62,607 bases of DNA from Candidatus Thorarchaeota archaeon. Lineage in GTDB: Archaea; Asgardarchaeota; Thorarchaeia; Thorarchaeales; Thorarchaeaceae. The translations under genes were made by a program, and so were the position numbers. Numbering within the stretch: the stretch's first letter is position 1; every line of letters starts with the position of its first letter. The notes beneath the pieces were generated by a model. The model saw only the letters and a program-made list of their open reading frames with translations, did no database searches and had not been told where the DNA came from. The stretch lies in the NCBI GenBank assembly GCA_048883405.1, contig JBHLQS010000002.1, positions 1 to 62,607 of the forward strand. The letters run 5' to 3'. Positions 9,169 through 18,059 of this stretch are shown here, piece after piece.

Positions 9169-10002
9169 ATGATGACATCCGTAGCGCTTCTGAGATTCAA
9201 GGATAGTCTCAAGAGTACACTCAGTGCGGGCTTGAACCTTATTGGTGGGTTCTCGAACCTGAAATCACCTATACTCATTAAGCCTAACATCTGCACGATT
9301 TCTGATGGCACTGGTTCGTCAGTCACAGACGTGAATGCCGTTGAGGCCATTGCCAGACTCTTTCTTGAGGATGACCAAGGGTTGGCCATTAAGATAGTTG
9401 AATCAGATAGTCAGAGTAAGTACGCCGAAGAGGCCTTTGAGAAGTTCGGATATGCGGACTTAGAGAAGAAAATGAAGAAAGAAGGCTTCAATGTGTCCCT
9501 GGTCAATCTCAGCAAATCTCCTCTTGTCAAAGCAGACTTCAAAGGGAGATACTTCAATAGGCCTGAGCTGCCAGAACTGCTAGTCAATCCCCACTACTAT
9601 GTCACTGTGGCTGCAGCTAAGACTCATTATCTTACCACCATCACAGGAGCTTTGAAGAACCAGTTCGGAGTGCTTCCCAGGAAAGACCAATCCTTCTATC
9701 ACCCTGATATTGATGATGTGGTGGTAGATCTAAATAATCTCCTGCAACCAGACCTATGTATTGTTGATGCAAGAGTTGGTGTCGAGGGATGGAACGGACC
9801 TAAAACGAAACGCCTTGATGCCTTCATCATTGGGTATAAGCCTGCTTCAGTCGATGCCACAATGGCTCGGATCATGGGCCTCAAACCAAGTGAGATTCGA
9901 CATGTACTGGAATCTAGCAAGCTGGGTCTTGGCAACATTGACCCAATAGTCTTAGGAGAAACCATTGAATCAGTGCAGGTCGCTTTCAATCGGCCTAGAT
10001 GA
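9169..10002 (+). CDS. DUF362 domain protein
   Basis: ILIKPNICT, TVAAAKTHYLTTITGALKNQFGVLP and CIVDARVGVEG are typical DUF362 blocks. ATG at 9169 preferred over the track start 9076. Confidence 0.6.
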   Translation: MMTSVALLRFKDSLKSTLSAGLNLIGGFSNLKSPILIKPNICTISDGTGSSVTDVNAVEAIARLFLEDDQGLAIKIVESDSQSKYAEEAFEKFGYADLEKKMKKEGFNVSLVNLSKSPLVKADFKGRYFNRPELPELLVNPHYYVTVAAAKTHYLTTITGALKNQFGVLPRKDQSFYHPDIDDVVVDLNNLLQPDLCIVDARVGVEGWNGPKTKRLDAFIIGYKPASVDATMARIMGLKPSEIRHVLESSKLGLGNIDPIVLGETIESVQVAFNRPR

Positions 10003-10028
10003 CTATGTTTCTTATGCAACCGACTTAA

Positions 10029-10517
10029 ATGAGCAATGCAGCTCGAGTGGCGAGGAGTGAAGAACCAGTGAAAAGAGTTCTATTCCTGTGTACTGGAAAT
10101 TCTGCGCGCAGCCAGATATCCGAGGCTCTGCTAAGACTTCTCGGCGAAGATAGATTTGAAGCCCATAGCGCAGGTACACATCCCGCATCTGAAGTGAACC
10201 CCTTTGCCCTAGAGGTCTTGAGAGAGAGGGGAGCCAGCACGAAGGGTCTTTTTACGAAGACTATTGATTACTTTGTAGGACAGGAGTTTCATCTTGCAGT
10301 GACAGTCTGCGATAGAGCGAAACAGGAGTGCCCAGCTTTTCCTGGAGCTAGAGCGATAGATCATTGGTCACTAGAAGATCCTGCATCCTTTGAAGGGACC
10401 TATGAGGAGATTCTTTCAAAATTCAGAGAAACCAGGGATGAAATTGAGAGAAGAATCAAGATGTACATTCTCCAGGACAAGCTTGCGGAGGATCCCTTGA
10501 AATCTCTCAGATTGTAG
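10029..10517 (+). CDS. low-molecular-weight phosphatase family protein / arsenate reductase (ArsC, thioredoxin type)
   Basis: P-loop VLFLCTGNSARSQ (CX5R-S). Later TVCD…CP cysteines as in Trx-coupled ArsC. Confidence 0.7.
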   Translation: MSNAARVARSEEPVKRVLFLCTGNSARSQISEALLRLLGEDRFEAHSAGTHPASEVNPFALEVLRERGASTKGLFTKTIDYFVGQEFHLAVTVCDRAKQECPAFPGARAIDHWSLEDPASFEGTYEEILSKFRETRDEIERRIKMYILQDKLAEDPLKSLRL

Positions 10518-10525
10518 ATTTGACA

Positions 10526-12535
10526 CTAGCTCTTCTCTACCCAAGAGAACTTCCTCTGTAGAGTTGCAGGATAGACTTTTCGCCAAGGATATTCCACCTT
10601 CTGACACCACTTGTAGATCGTCTTGGGATGGATGTATGACTTGAGGGATGTTCCGAGGTTCCAAGTGCGACAGTCCCGTGCGAGAGAGTAATCCACCTCT
10701 ATCTTGCGCTTCGCTAGCTTGGCTTTTTCCACTCGGTCCTTTGCGATTTTGACCGTCTTCTCAGCACGAGCTACACGTACAGCGGACTTCTCTTTGAAAG
10801 CTGTAAGAGCTAGTTGTTTCTTCTCAAGACTTGCCTTGCTCTTGTTGTAGCGTTTCCGAGCGCTTGTAAGGCCCTCCTCCGCTTTGTCGAGGCGTAATCT
10901 ATTCCGTTCTATACTGGCTTGGGCATCCTCAAGGCGCTGTTTCTTGGTGGTCTTGCCCTTCCTCTTGCTGCCTCTTGTTCGACGTTTTCTATCACGAGCA
11001 TTGTCCCAAGCTATCTTGGCATTGTTTCGCTTTTCACGCCAGGCAACGACTGACTGCTTGTTTTTCTCAACAATCTGTTTTTGCTTAGAAACTGCAGATT
11101 GACGCTTAGCAAGGTGCCCTTTCTCTTTTTTCTTGACCGCCCTCAGTCGCTTCCTTTTTTCAGCAAGTCGAGATTCAGCTTTCTTGACACGTTCTTCTGC
11201 CTTTCTGATTCGTTCTCTATAGCGATCTGCTGATTTAGCCCATCCTTTCGGTGCTTGTTTTGTGTGATTCATCACCCGAGCAACTTCAAGATTGGCACGC
11301 TTCAGTGCTTCCTTCTTAATGAATTCCGGATCAGTCTTTTTGGCTTTGCTCCGACCAAGCTCCTTCTTCATTGTTAGAGTAGCGTGAAATGTCCTAAAGA
11401 CCTTGGCAGTGAGATCCTTGTCGAATCCGCTGAGGAACCGGTTGACTTGTGCACTTCCAACACTTGGGAAGATTTGTGCTGGTTTTTTCGGATCGACACG
11501 AGTGCTCTTGCTCTTCCGTGTCCTGAAAGACTCTAATCGCTCCACTGCATTATCATAGAGCTCTCTAAATACCCTATAGACATCAGAGGGTAATTCCAGC
11601 TCTTTATGCCAGGGCACACTGTCCTTTCCAAGGAAGTTGAAGACGACGGAACTTGGTGTGAATGTGAGATGCTCGATTCTTAGCGTCGTAGCACCCACGG
11701 TGTCAGCCTCATCGGGATCTTTCTCATCACCAACTCGGAGGCTCAATCTGTCTATCAGGTAGCATGCAGCTGCAACCATTCTTGTCTTTGAATTGTCAGA
11801 ATGAAGACCATCCATGATGTATTCTCGAATCTCATCCATCTTTCTAGATATCTTCATGGCTTTGTCAAACTTGGCCGCCTCACGCTCCTGTTTGATAGGA
11901 GTACTGTCATGAAGCCAGATGTACTTTGTACTCTTGGTGAGCTCATCGGTCCATTTGGCAACCCACATACTATCTGGAGCCCACTCGATCTTGGCCCAGT
12001 CACCTTCTGGGACTGCCGCATCTGGACTTAGGTTCAGGGTGATATCCCGTTCCCTTGCACCATGCTTCCATCGCCCTCGCAGAGGGTGTTCCCCTCGACC
12101 CATAAAGATACCAGATGGCTCTGTCTGGTAGTTGCCGAGTTCCATGCGTGCTCCATCCACAAAGGCATAACCAAACTCCTCTTTGAGCCGTTCACGTTCG
12201 GCCTTGCGAGCCTCCCTTGCAGCTTTCTTCTCCTCCTTTGTCATGGCTTCTTTTGCAGCACGTTCTTCTTCAACGAATTGAATTACAGAGGAAAAGTCGA
12301 CCTCATCTGGGTCTAGCGTGGGTTCTACCTTCAGTGCTTTGCTGAAGTCACTCATGAAGTTCTCAATGAAGACAGAATCCTCAACATAGGGTGTTCCCAG
12401 TTTTCTCACCCAGGCAACTGCCATCTCTTCTTGAAGCTGACTGAGAATTTTGGACTCGCCTCGAACAATTATCTCAAAATGATGTGGCTCTGGTGGTCTA
12501 AGTACTATGATGCCTTTATGTTCGAAGGACTCCAT
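10526..12535 (-). CDS. DNA topoisomerase IB, eukaryotic type
   Basis: Blocks match human TOP1 as I recall it: FEHKG, EADTVGATTLRIEH, FLGKDS, TAKVFRTF, MNHTKQ. C-terminal NLGTSLKSYIHPKTIYKWC parallels ALGTSKLNYLDPRITVAWC (catalytic Tyr). Confidence 0.9.
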   Translation of the reverse strand: MESFEHKGIIVLRPPEPHHFEIIVRGESKILSQLQEEMAVAWVRKLGTPYVEDSVFIENFMSDFSKALKVEPTLDPDEVDFSSVIQFVEEERAAKEAMTKEEKKAAREARKAERERLKEEFGYAFVDGARMELGNYQTEPSGIFMGRGEHPLRGRWKHGARERDITLNLSPDAAVPEGDWAKIEWAPDSMWVAKWTDELTKSTKYIWLHDSTPIKQEREAAKFDKAMKISRKMDEIREYIMDGLHSDNSKTRMVAAACYLIDRLSLRVGDEKDPDEADTVGATTLRIEHLTFTPSSVVFNFLGKDSVPWHKELELPSDVYRVFRELYDNAVERLESFRTRKSKSTRVDPKKPAQIFPSVGSAQVNRFLSGFDKDLTAKVFRTFHATLTMKKELGRSKAKKTDPEFIKKEALKRANLEVARVMNHTKQAPKGWAKSADRYRERIRKAEERVKKAESRLAEKRKRLRAVKKKEKGHLAKRQSAVSKQKQIVEKNKQSVVAWREKRNNAKIAWDNARDRKRRTRGSKRKGKTTKKQRLEDAQASIERNRLRLDKAEEGLTSARKRYNKSKASLEKKQLALTAFKEKSAVRVARAEKTVKIAKDRVEKAKLAKRKIEVDYSLARDCRTWNLGTSLKSYIHPKTIYKWCQKVEYPWRKVYPATLQRKFSWVEKS

Positions 12536-12664
12536 CTTAACGCCTCTTCATTTGGCGGATCTAAGCAGAAGGCCGGTCACTCAGCGTGATTTTGCAGCCT
12601 GGTGTCGAGAGCAGAAAAGCGTAAACAAAAGGATTGTGCTGAGGGAGTCATCCAGAGCGATTAG

Positions 12665-12671
12665 TTTAAAT
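12665..12671 (+). promoter_or_regulatory. TATA-like box for tRNA-Gly
   Basis: TTTAAAT about 31-37 nt upstream of the tRNA 5' end. Confidence 0.4.
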
Positions 12672-12701
12672 CAAATCCGTCTGGTCTGCGCTCCAGAGCC
12701 T

Positions 12702-12776
12702 GCGGCCATAGTCTAGGGGTTATGATCCGAGCCTTCCAAGCTCGTAACCCGGGTTCGAATCCCGGTGGCCGCACCA
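12702..12776 (+). tRNA. tRNA-Gly (UCC), CCA encoded
   Basis: GCGGCCA…TGGCCGC acceptor, anticodon arm CGAGC-CTTCCAA-GCTCG, T arm CCGGG-TTCGAAT-CCCGG, then ACCA. Confidence 0.9.
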
Positions 12777-12784
12777 TTCTCTTT

Positions 12785-13498
12785 CTATGGAGCAAATCGA
12801 GCCTTGACTATTCCCATCTTCTTCGTGTATACCCAAAGCAATTCTGCACACACATGCCATGCCATCATTACTTCAGGATCCAGCTCGATGTGAGTCTGGA
12901 AGACAGACTTCACATCCTGACTGAAGTCACCATGCGGGAACGCTCCTACGCCAAGAATGACGGGAACTCTATCATCCTTTGGAAATATCGACTCGAGCCC
13001 ATCGATTGTCGTTTGCATGCCACCCTCAACGCATAGTGCAGTAACGCTCTGAGGACTATCGGCTTTGAGTCGGAGTACAAGGTCAGTGAGAGATTCGTCT
13101 GCTACTCGAAGGAGAGACTTGCCCTCCGGCGGCACTCTTCCCTTTAGCAGAAGCTGCTCAAAGAGGCCTACGAATCTATCATAGTTTCTTGGCAAGCGCA
13201 CAGCCGGATTGACTTCGACCACACGACCGTCTTGGAGATGTAGATGAATACTGAGCAACCCATGCTTGCAGAGTGGAGTTTCCAGTAGTGTCATGAGAGA
13301 AAGAAAGGCAATGTCGGGGCGCCCACGGCGTTCTGTATTCTCTAAATCTGTCATTGCCTGACCATGGTATGATTGATCGAGAAGGAGCTGGTTTGGTTTC
13401 TTACCCCTCCTATTGGCATGTTTCTGGATTACCTTCTTGGAGGTCAGATGAGTTGGTATCAATTCGATGGCTGACTCAAGAAGGATGACATGGAGCAT
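12785..13498 (-). CDS. nep1: rRNA small-subunit pseudouridine methyltransferase Nep1/EMG1
   Basis: MLHVILLESAIELIP…GRPDIAFLSLMTLLETPLCKHGLL…VNPAVRLPRNYDRFVGL fits Nep1 blocks. ATG at 13498 with GGTGG upstream, preferred over 13561. Confidence 0.75.
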   Translation of the reverse strand: MLHVILLESAIELIPTHLTSKKVIQKHANRRGKKPNQLLLDQSYHGQAMTDLENTERRGRPDIAFLSLMTLLETPLCKHGLLSIHLHLQDGRVVEVNPAVRLPRNYDRFVGLFEQLLLKGRVPPEGKSLLRVADESLTDLVLRLKADSPQSVTALCVEGGMQTTIDGLESIFPKDDRVPVILGVGAFPHGDFSQDVKSVFQTHIELDPEVMMAWHVCAELLWVYTKKMGIVKARFAP

Positions 13499-13575
13499 GA
13501 CTGACCCACCTAATCTGGTGGTAGTCACGAACGATTTAAGATGTATCGGATAACTCATCAATCTGAGGAAGTTCG

Positions 13576-13893
13576 GTGCCCAGAAGACGGACTAGGCAAT
13601 CAGAGGCTAAGCGTCTAGCCAGGGCTAGGATAGAGATTCTATGGGAACAGGCCTCTGAAATAGCTAGGACTGACCGAGAAGGTGCTCGCAGACGCATGCA
13701 GATAGCCGCCAGAGTAGCACAGAGAGCACGCATCAAAGTTCCCAAAGATGTCAAGAGAAGGGTCTGTCGACAATGTGGGATTGTACTGATTCCTGGTGAG
13801 AGTTGCCGTGTGAGAATGCGAAACAACCGAGCGAAGCATCTCACAGTGACTTGCACTGCATGTGGAAACATCACGAGATACTATATCGGATAG
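13576..13893 (+). CDS. rnp4: RNase P protein component 4 (Rpp21/Rpr2)
   Basis: Basic helical N-terminus plus zinc ribbon CRQCG…CTACG. GTG start after GAGGAA. Confidence 0.75.
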   Translation: MPRRRTRQSEAKRLARARIEILWEQASEIARTDREGARRRMQIAARVAQRARIKVPKDVKRRVCRQCGIVLIPGESCRVRMRNNRAKHLTVTCTACGNITRYYIG

Positions 13894-13935
13894 GAATGCT
13901 AAAGTGGAAACGCCGCTCGGACAGGACGACCAGAC

Positions 13936-14205
13936 ATGGGACGTGCAGAAACACCAGACAAGACGAGAATAAACATCGCATGGCAAGACGCAGCCATCAT
14001 GCAGATAGGAAAGAGTGGACTCTCTGAAGGTAGTATTAAGGAAGCAAAGAGACTCCTCAAGAAACACAAATACATCAAGGTCCGTCTGCTTAGGTCTGCC
14101 GTGACATCGATTTCTAAAAAGGAGGTGTTCGAAGCTCTTGCGCAAGGGACTGGTTCTCATTTGGACGGTATACGTGGAAACACAGCAGTTCTGTTCAAGC
14201 TGTAG
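13936..14205 (+). CDS. YhbY/CRM-domain RNA-binding protein
   Basis: IMQIGKSGLSEGSIKEAKRLLKKHKYIKVRLL and GNTAVLFK fit the CRS1_YhbY pattern. Confidence 0.65.
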   Translation: MGRAETPDKTRINIAWQDAAIMQIGKSGLSEGSIKEAKRLLKKHKYIKVRLLRSAVTSISKKEVFEALAQGTGSHLDGIRGNTAVLFKL

Positions 14206-14331
14206 ACAATTTCCTTGGCACGTTGCGACAACCTTTTATGCGGACTAATTTTGACGAGGGCAGCCTTCTGAGGTAGGCCACTAGCTCAGTCTATGTGCGG
14301 TGACCCCCTCAAATGAAATGGTGACAGACAG

Positions 14332-14784
14332 ATGCCTACGGTCTATGATATCCCACCTACCGTCATGATACGACGACTTGCACAGGACCTTAGGTCTCGG
14401 GATGAGATCAAGCCTCCAGAATGGGCCCTCTTTGCGAAAACTGGCGCACATAAGGAGCGATCACCAGATGATCCGGACTGGTGGTATATGAGATGTGCTA
14501 GCATTCTCAGGAAAGTCTATCTCAGGGGTCCTATAGGAACAGAGCGTCTACGAATTGACTATGGCGGGAAGAAGCGACGCGGTGCAAAGCCGAATAAGTT
14601 CCACAAAGGAAGTGGAGCGATTGTACGGACTGCCTTGCAACAGCTGGAAAAGGCAGGCTTCATCATGAAGCAGGGAAACAAAGGCCGCGTGATGACTAAC
14701 ATAGGCAGGTCATACATGGACAAGCTGTCTGCAGCTCTTAAGAGGGAACTATCGAAGGCTATACCAGAGCTGGAGAACTACTAG
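14332..14784 (+). CDS. rps19e: 30S ribosomal protein eS19
   Basis: PTVYDIPPTVMIRRLA…PEWALFAKTGAHKERSPDDPDWWYMRCASILRKVY. Sits in the usual gene neighbourhood. Confidence 0.9.
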   Translation: MPTVYDIPPTVMIRRLAQDLRSRDEIKPPEWALFAKTGAHKERSPDDPDWWYMRCASILRKVYLRGPIGTERLRIDYGGKKRRGAKPNKFHKGSGAIVRTALQQLEKAGFIMKQGNKGRVMTNIGRSYMDKLSAALKRELSKAIPELENY

Positions 14785-14804
14785 ACGCCTATTGGGCGTG
14801 GTAG

Positions 14805-15143
14805 GTGAGTGTGCTGAGCGACGAGGAGCTTGATGAGATTCGAAGGAGGAAACTTGCATCTCTGAGAGAAGAAGCCCTTGAAGAACAAGCTAGGGAACAT
14901 CAGATTGCTGAGGCACAGGCGCAGAAGGAGGCAATTCTACGACAGATATTGACTCCCGAGGCCCGTTCTAGGCTCACGAACATCAGAATGGTCAAGCCCC
15001 AAGTTGCAGAACAGATTGAGATGCAGCTCATTCAGCTGGCCTCATCTGGAAGGCTGAGGGCGAGAGTGACTGATGAACAATTGAAAAAACTGCTCCAACA
15101 GGTAACTGGGCAGGAACGAGAGAGGAAAATCTCGTTCAGATAG
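14805..15143 (+). CDS. PDCD5/TFAR19-like dsDNA-binding protein
   Basis: EELDEIRRRKLA…ILRQILTPEARSRLTNIRMVKP…IEMQLIQLASSGRL. Conserved position between eS19 and eL39. Confidence 0.8.
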   Translation: MSVLSDEELDEIRRRKLASLREEALEEQAREHQIAEAQAQKEAILRQILTPEARSRLTNIRMVKPQVAEQIEMQLIQLASSGRLRARVTDEQLKKLLQQVTGQERERKISFR

Positions 15144-15161
15144 CTGTGAAAGGTGAAAGAA

Positions 15162-15317
15162 ATGGCAAGGAACAAACCCCTCGCGAAGAAACTCAGGATG
15201 GCAAGAGCGCTCAGGAGTAATTCCTCAGTGCCCACCTGGGCCGTAGTCAGGTCTGGTGGGAAGGTAAGAAGAACACCCAAGCAGCGAAACTGGCGCGAGA
15301 CCAAACTCAAGCCGTAG
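15162..15317 (+). CDS. rpl39e: 50S ribosomal protein eL39 (51 aa, below ORF-track cutoff)
   Basis: Hand translation: MARNKPLAKKLRMARALRSNSSVPTWAVVRSGGKVRRTPKQRNWRETKLKP*. GGTGA 6 nt upstream; conserved slot before eL31. Confidence 0.85.
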   Translation: MARNKPLAKKLRMARALRSNSSVPTWAVVRSGGKVRRTPKQRNWRETKLKP

Positions 15318-15330
15318 TCAGGTGTGCTAG

Positions 15331-15741
15331 ATGATCGAAGAGAAAGAGATTGAGGAAATCGAAGAGGAGCTTCCTGAACTCGAAGAGATAGACGAGATTG
15401 GCGAGGACGAAGAGATTGAGGCCGTAGAGGATAGGCCAGAAGCTGAGGAAGTTGAACCCGCTGAAGTCGTCCCAGAGGAAGAAATCATCGATGAACGAAT
15501 CTACACAGTACCCCTGAGAAGAGCGTACTGGACAGGCAGCCGACTCCGTAGGTCAAACAGAGCAGTAAGAATACTCAGAAAGTTCGTGGAGCGTCACATG
15601 AAGCCGGAAGAAGTTGTGATTCAGCCCGAGGTGAACGAGAGAATCTGGGAGAGGGGAATCCAGAAGCCTCCACGGAGGATACGAATTCGAGCAACTAAAA
15701 ACTCAGATGACCTTGTCCGAGTTTATCTGGCAGAGGGGTAG
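15331..15741 (+). CDS. rpl31e: 50S ribosomal protein eL31 with ~55-aa acidic N-terminal extension
   Basis: Core ERIYTVPLRRAYWTGSRLRRSNRAVRILRKFVERHMK…IRIRATK. The only in-frame ATG/GTG/TTG upstream of the core is ATG 15331. Confidence 0.85.
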   Translation: MIEEKEIEEIEEELPELEEIDEIGEDEEIEAVEDRPEAEEVEPAEVVPEEEIIDERIYTVPLRRAYWTGSRLRRSNRAVRILRKFVERHMKPEEVVIQPEVNERIWERGIQKPPRRIRIRATKNSDDLVRVYLAEG

Positions 15742-15746
15742 TATAA

Positions 15747-16412
15747 GTGATCGCCCGATATGACTTCGAGGGCGATTCGAATGTTGGAGCCTTTGGAATC
15801 GCCACAGACAAGTATGTGTTTGTTTCTCCAAATATGTCAGAAAGGTCTATAGAAACAATGGAACGTGTCTTCAATCTTCCATTGGTGCAGTCAACAGTGG
15901 CCACTCTGGACGTGATTGGCCTTGTCTGTGTAGCCAATTCACATGGCATTCTTCTCCCTTACACAACAAATGATGATGAGCTTATGGCACTGAAGGAATA
16001 TCTGGAAATCCGGGTGGATTGGATTGATAACAAGATGACTGCCCTTGGCAACATTATCCTAGCAAATGATAACGGAGCTATATGTCATCCGGATTTTGAC
16101 AAGAATGCACGAACCAAGATTTCAGACGCGCTCGATGTGGAAGTCATTCCAGGAACGGTGGCAAATCTGCCTACAGTTGGTTCCAACACAGCTATAACAA
16201 ATCAGGGGGCTATTGTCCATCCTATGGCCACAACAGCTGAAATCGAGAAGATATCACAGCTGTTAAAAGTGCACGTCGAGGTTGGCACAGTCAACCGAGG
16301 CAGTCCCTATACCAGTCTAGGTGTCATGGCGAATATGGACAGCATGATTGTTGGGTCAGAAACAACAGGTGTGGAGTTGGCTCACATCAGTCAAGTCTTA
16401 GGCTTTGTCTAA
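15747..16412 (+). CDS. eif6: translation initiation factor 6 (aIF6)
   Basis: IARYDFEGDSNVGAFGIATDKYVFV…; repeated pseudo-fivefold blocks. GTG start 8 nt after GAGGGG. Confidence 0.9.
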   Translation: MIARYDFEGDSNVGAFGIATDKYVFVSPNMSERSIETMERVFNLPLVQSTVATLDVIGLVCVANSHGILLPYTTNDDELMALKEYLEIRVDWIDNKMTALGNIILANDNGAICHPDFDKNARTKISDALDVEVIPGTVANLPTVGSNTAITNQGAIVHPMATTAEIEKISQLLKVHVEVGTVNRGSPYTSLGVMANMDSMIVGSETTGVELAHISQVLGFV

Positions 16413-16427
16413 AGAGGTGTTATTCAG

Positions 16428-16670
16428 ATGAGTTCCAAAGTGTGGAGAGTAAAGGGCGAATATCGTAAGCTGAAACGGAAGTTCACGTTCTCAAGGGAAA
16501 TGATTGCGCTGAAAGAGGCACATGTCATGGAGAAGATTTACTCTGAGCTAGGCAGTCGTCACAGAGTGAAAAGAAAGGATATCGCTATCACTGAAATTGT
16601 TGAGATCAAACCTGAAGAGACTACAAATCTGGAGCTCCGAAGGATACTCGGACTGGAGAGCGAACTCTAA
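16428..16670 (+). CDS. rplX: 50S ribosomal protein LX (L18Ae/eL20 family)
   Basis: VWRVKGEYRK…KIYSELGSRHRVKRKDIAITEIVEI. Conserved slot between aIF6 and prefoldin alpha. Confidence 0.8.
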   Translation: MSSKVWRVKGEYRKLKRKFTFSREMIALKEAHVMEKIYSELGSRHRVKRKDIAITEIVEIKPEETTNLELRRILGLESEL

Positions 16671-17107
16671 TGACAGAGGAGCAACAGAATCACCTTCAGA
16701 AACTCTACGTGCAACAACAACTTGCTGAGTCCAACCTGAATACACTCCGACAGCAGATCGAATTGACACAGGTCATTCTAAATCAGTATCAAAATGGTTT
16801 TGCCGTGCTAAAGGAGCTCGAGAACAGGAAAGAAGGCGAAGAAACACTGCTCAATGTTGGAGGAGGCATCTTCGTGCAAGCAAAACTGATAGATACCTCC
16901 AGAGTGACGAGAGCTCTTGGGAGTGGAGTCAGAATCGAGCAGAGTCTTGAACAAGCCATTGAAGGAGTCGAAAAAGCCATCGAGAGTCTCGGTAAACAAT
17001 ATGAAAGCCTTCTTTCCGAACTAGGAAAGCTTGCCAGCCAGTCAGAAGCGATTGATACACAGATGAGACAACTGGCGACCCAGATGCAGGGCCAGGGGGC
17101 ACAGTAG
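16670..17107 (+). CDS. pfdA: prefoldin alpha subunit
   Basis: Coiled-coil / beta-hairpin / coiled-coil layout (LLNVGGGIFVQAKL). Conserved neighbourhood. Confidence 0.8.
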   Translation: MTEEQQNHLQKLYVQQQLAESNLNTLRQQIELTQVILNQYQNGFAVLKELENRKEGEETLLNVGGGIFVQAKLIDTSRVTRALGSGVRIEQSLEQAIEGVEKAIESLGKQYESLLSELGKLASQSEAIDTQMRQLATQMQGQGAQ

Positions 17108-17108
17108 G

Positions 17109-18017
17109 TTGTTTGAGAAGCTCCGGGGTGCCATGGACTCTGCGGTCACCAAAGCCACCACAAAGGAGCTAAACGAAAAGAACCTTGTAGATGCCGTATG
17201 GGACCTTCAGATGATCCTAATTCAGAACGATGTTGCAGTAGACGTTGCTGAACATATATGTAACCTGACCAAGGAGAAACTGATTGGGACACGAGCCGGT
17301 CGTCTTGAGAAGACCGGTAAACTGTTCAGAACTGCAATCTATGAGTCAATAATGGAAGTCTTGACACCTGAACACCCACTTGATCCAATTCAGTTCGCCT
17401 CTGACAAGAAGGCAAAAGGAGAACCCACCGTGATTCTGTTTGTGGGTGTAAACGGGACTGGAAAGACGACTACATTAGCGAAGTTGGCGAATCTCTACAA
17501 GAAGAACGGTTTTTCCGTTGTTATCGCAGCTGGAGATACATTCCGCGCTGGAAGCATTGAACAGCTTGAAGAACATGCGAATAGGCTTGGAATTCGAGTC
17601 ATCAAGCAGAATTATGGCTCTGATGCGGCAGCTGTAGCATATGATGCGATATCCCATGCCCGGGCAAAAGGGATTGACATTGTTTTGATAGACTCCGCTG
17701 GTAGAATGCAGAGTAACAAGAACCTCATCTCTGAGATGCAGAAGATTGCAAGAGTCGCAGAACCAGACTTGAAGATCTTCGTGGGTGATGCGCTTGCAGG
17801 AAATGATGCACTTTCTCAAGCAAAAGAGTTCAATGATGCCATTGAGATCGATGGAACCATTCTGACCAAGGTAGATGCGGACCCCTCTGGTGGCGCAGCG
17901 CTTTCAGTGGCTTTTGTTACCGGTCGACCTGTGATCTATATTGGAGTTGGCCAGAGCTACGATGACCTACGCAAGTTCGAGCCTGGGTGGTTTGCACAGA
18001 GACTCGTAGCGGATTAA
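17109..18017 (+). CDS. ftsY: signal recognition particle receptor FtsY
   Basis: GVNGTGKTTT, DTFRAGSIEQL, IDSAGR, TKVDAD, GVGQSYDDL (SRP GTPase G1-G5). TTG start. Confidence 0.95.
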   Translation: MFEKLRGAMDSAVTKATTKELNEKNLVDAVWDLQMILIQNDVAVDVAEHICNLTKEKLIGTRAGRLEKTGKLFRTAIYESIMEVLTPEHPLDPIQFASDKKAKGEPTVILFVGVNGTGKTTTLAKLANLYKKNGFSVVIAAGDTFRAGSIEQLEEHANRLGIRVIKQNYGSDAAAVAYDAISHARAKGIDIVLIDSAGRMQSNKNLISEMQKIARVAEPDLKIFVGDALAGNDALSQAKEFNDAIEIDGTILTKVDADPSGGAALSVAFVTGRPVIYIGVGQSYDDLRKFEPGWFAQRLVAD

Positions 18018-18059
18018 GCAGGTGGACAGTTTTATTACCCGGCAAAATCTGAAACCTCG

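Noticed and set aside
12722-13036. 104-aa plus-strand ORF
   Set aside because: It starts inside tRNA-Gly and runs antisense to nep1.
13639-14160. 173-aa minus-strand ORF spanning the rnp4 and yhbY region
   Set aside because: Both plus-strand genes have clear family motifs. The antisense ORF crosses their intergenic spacer and lacks motifs.
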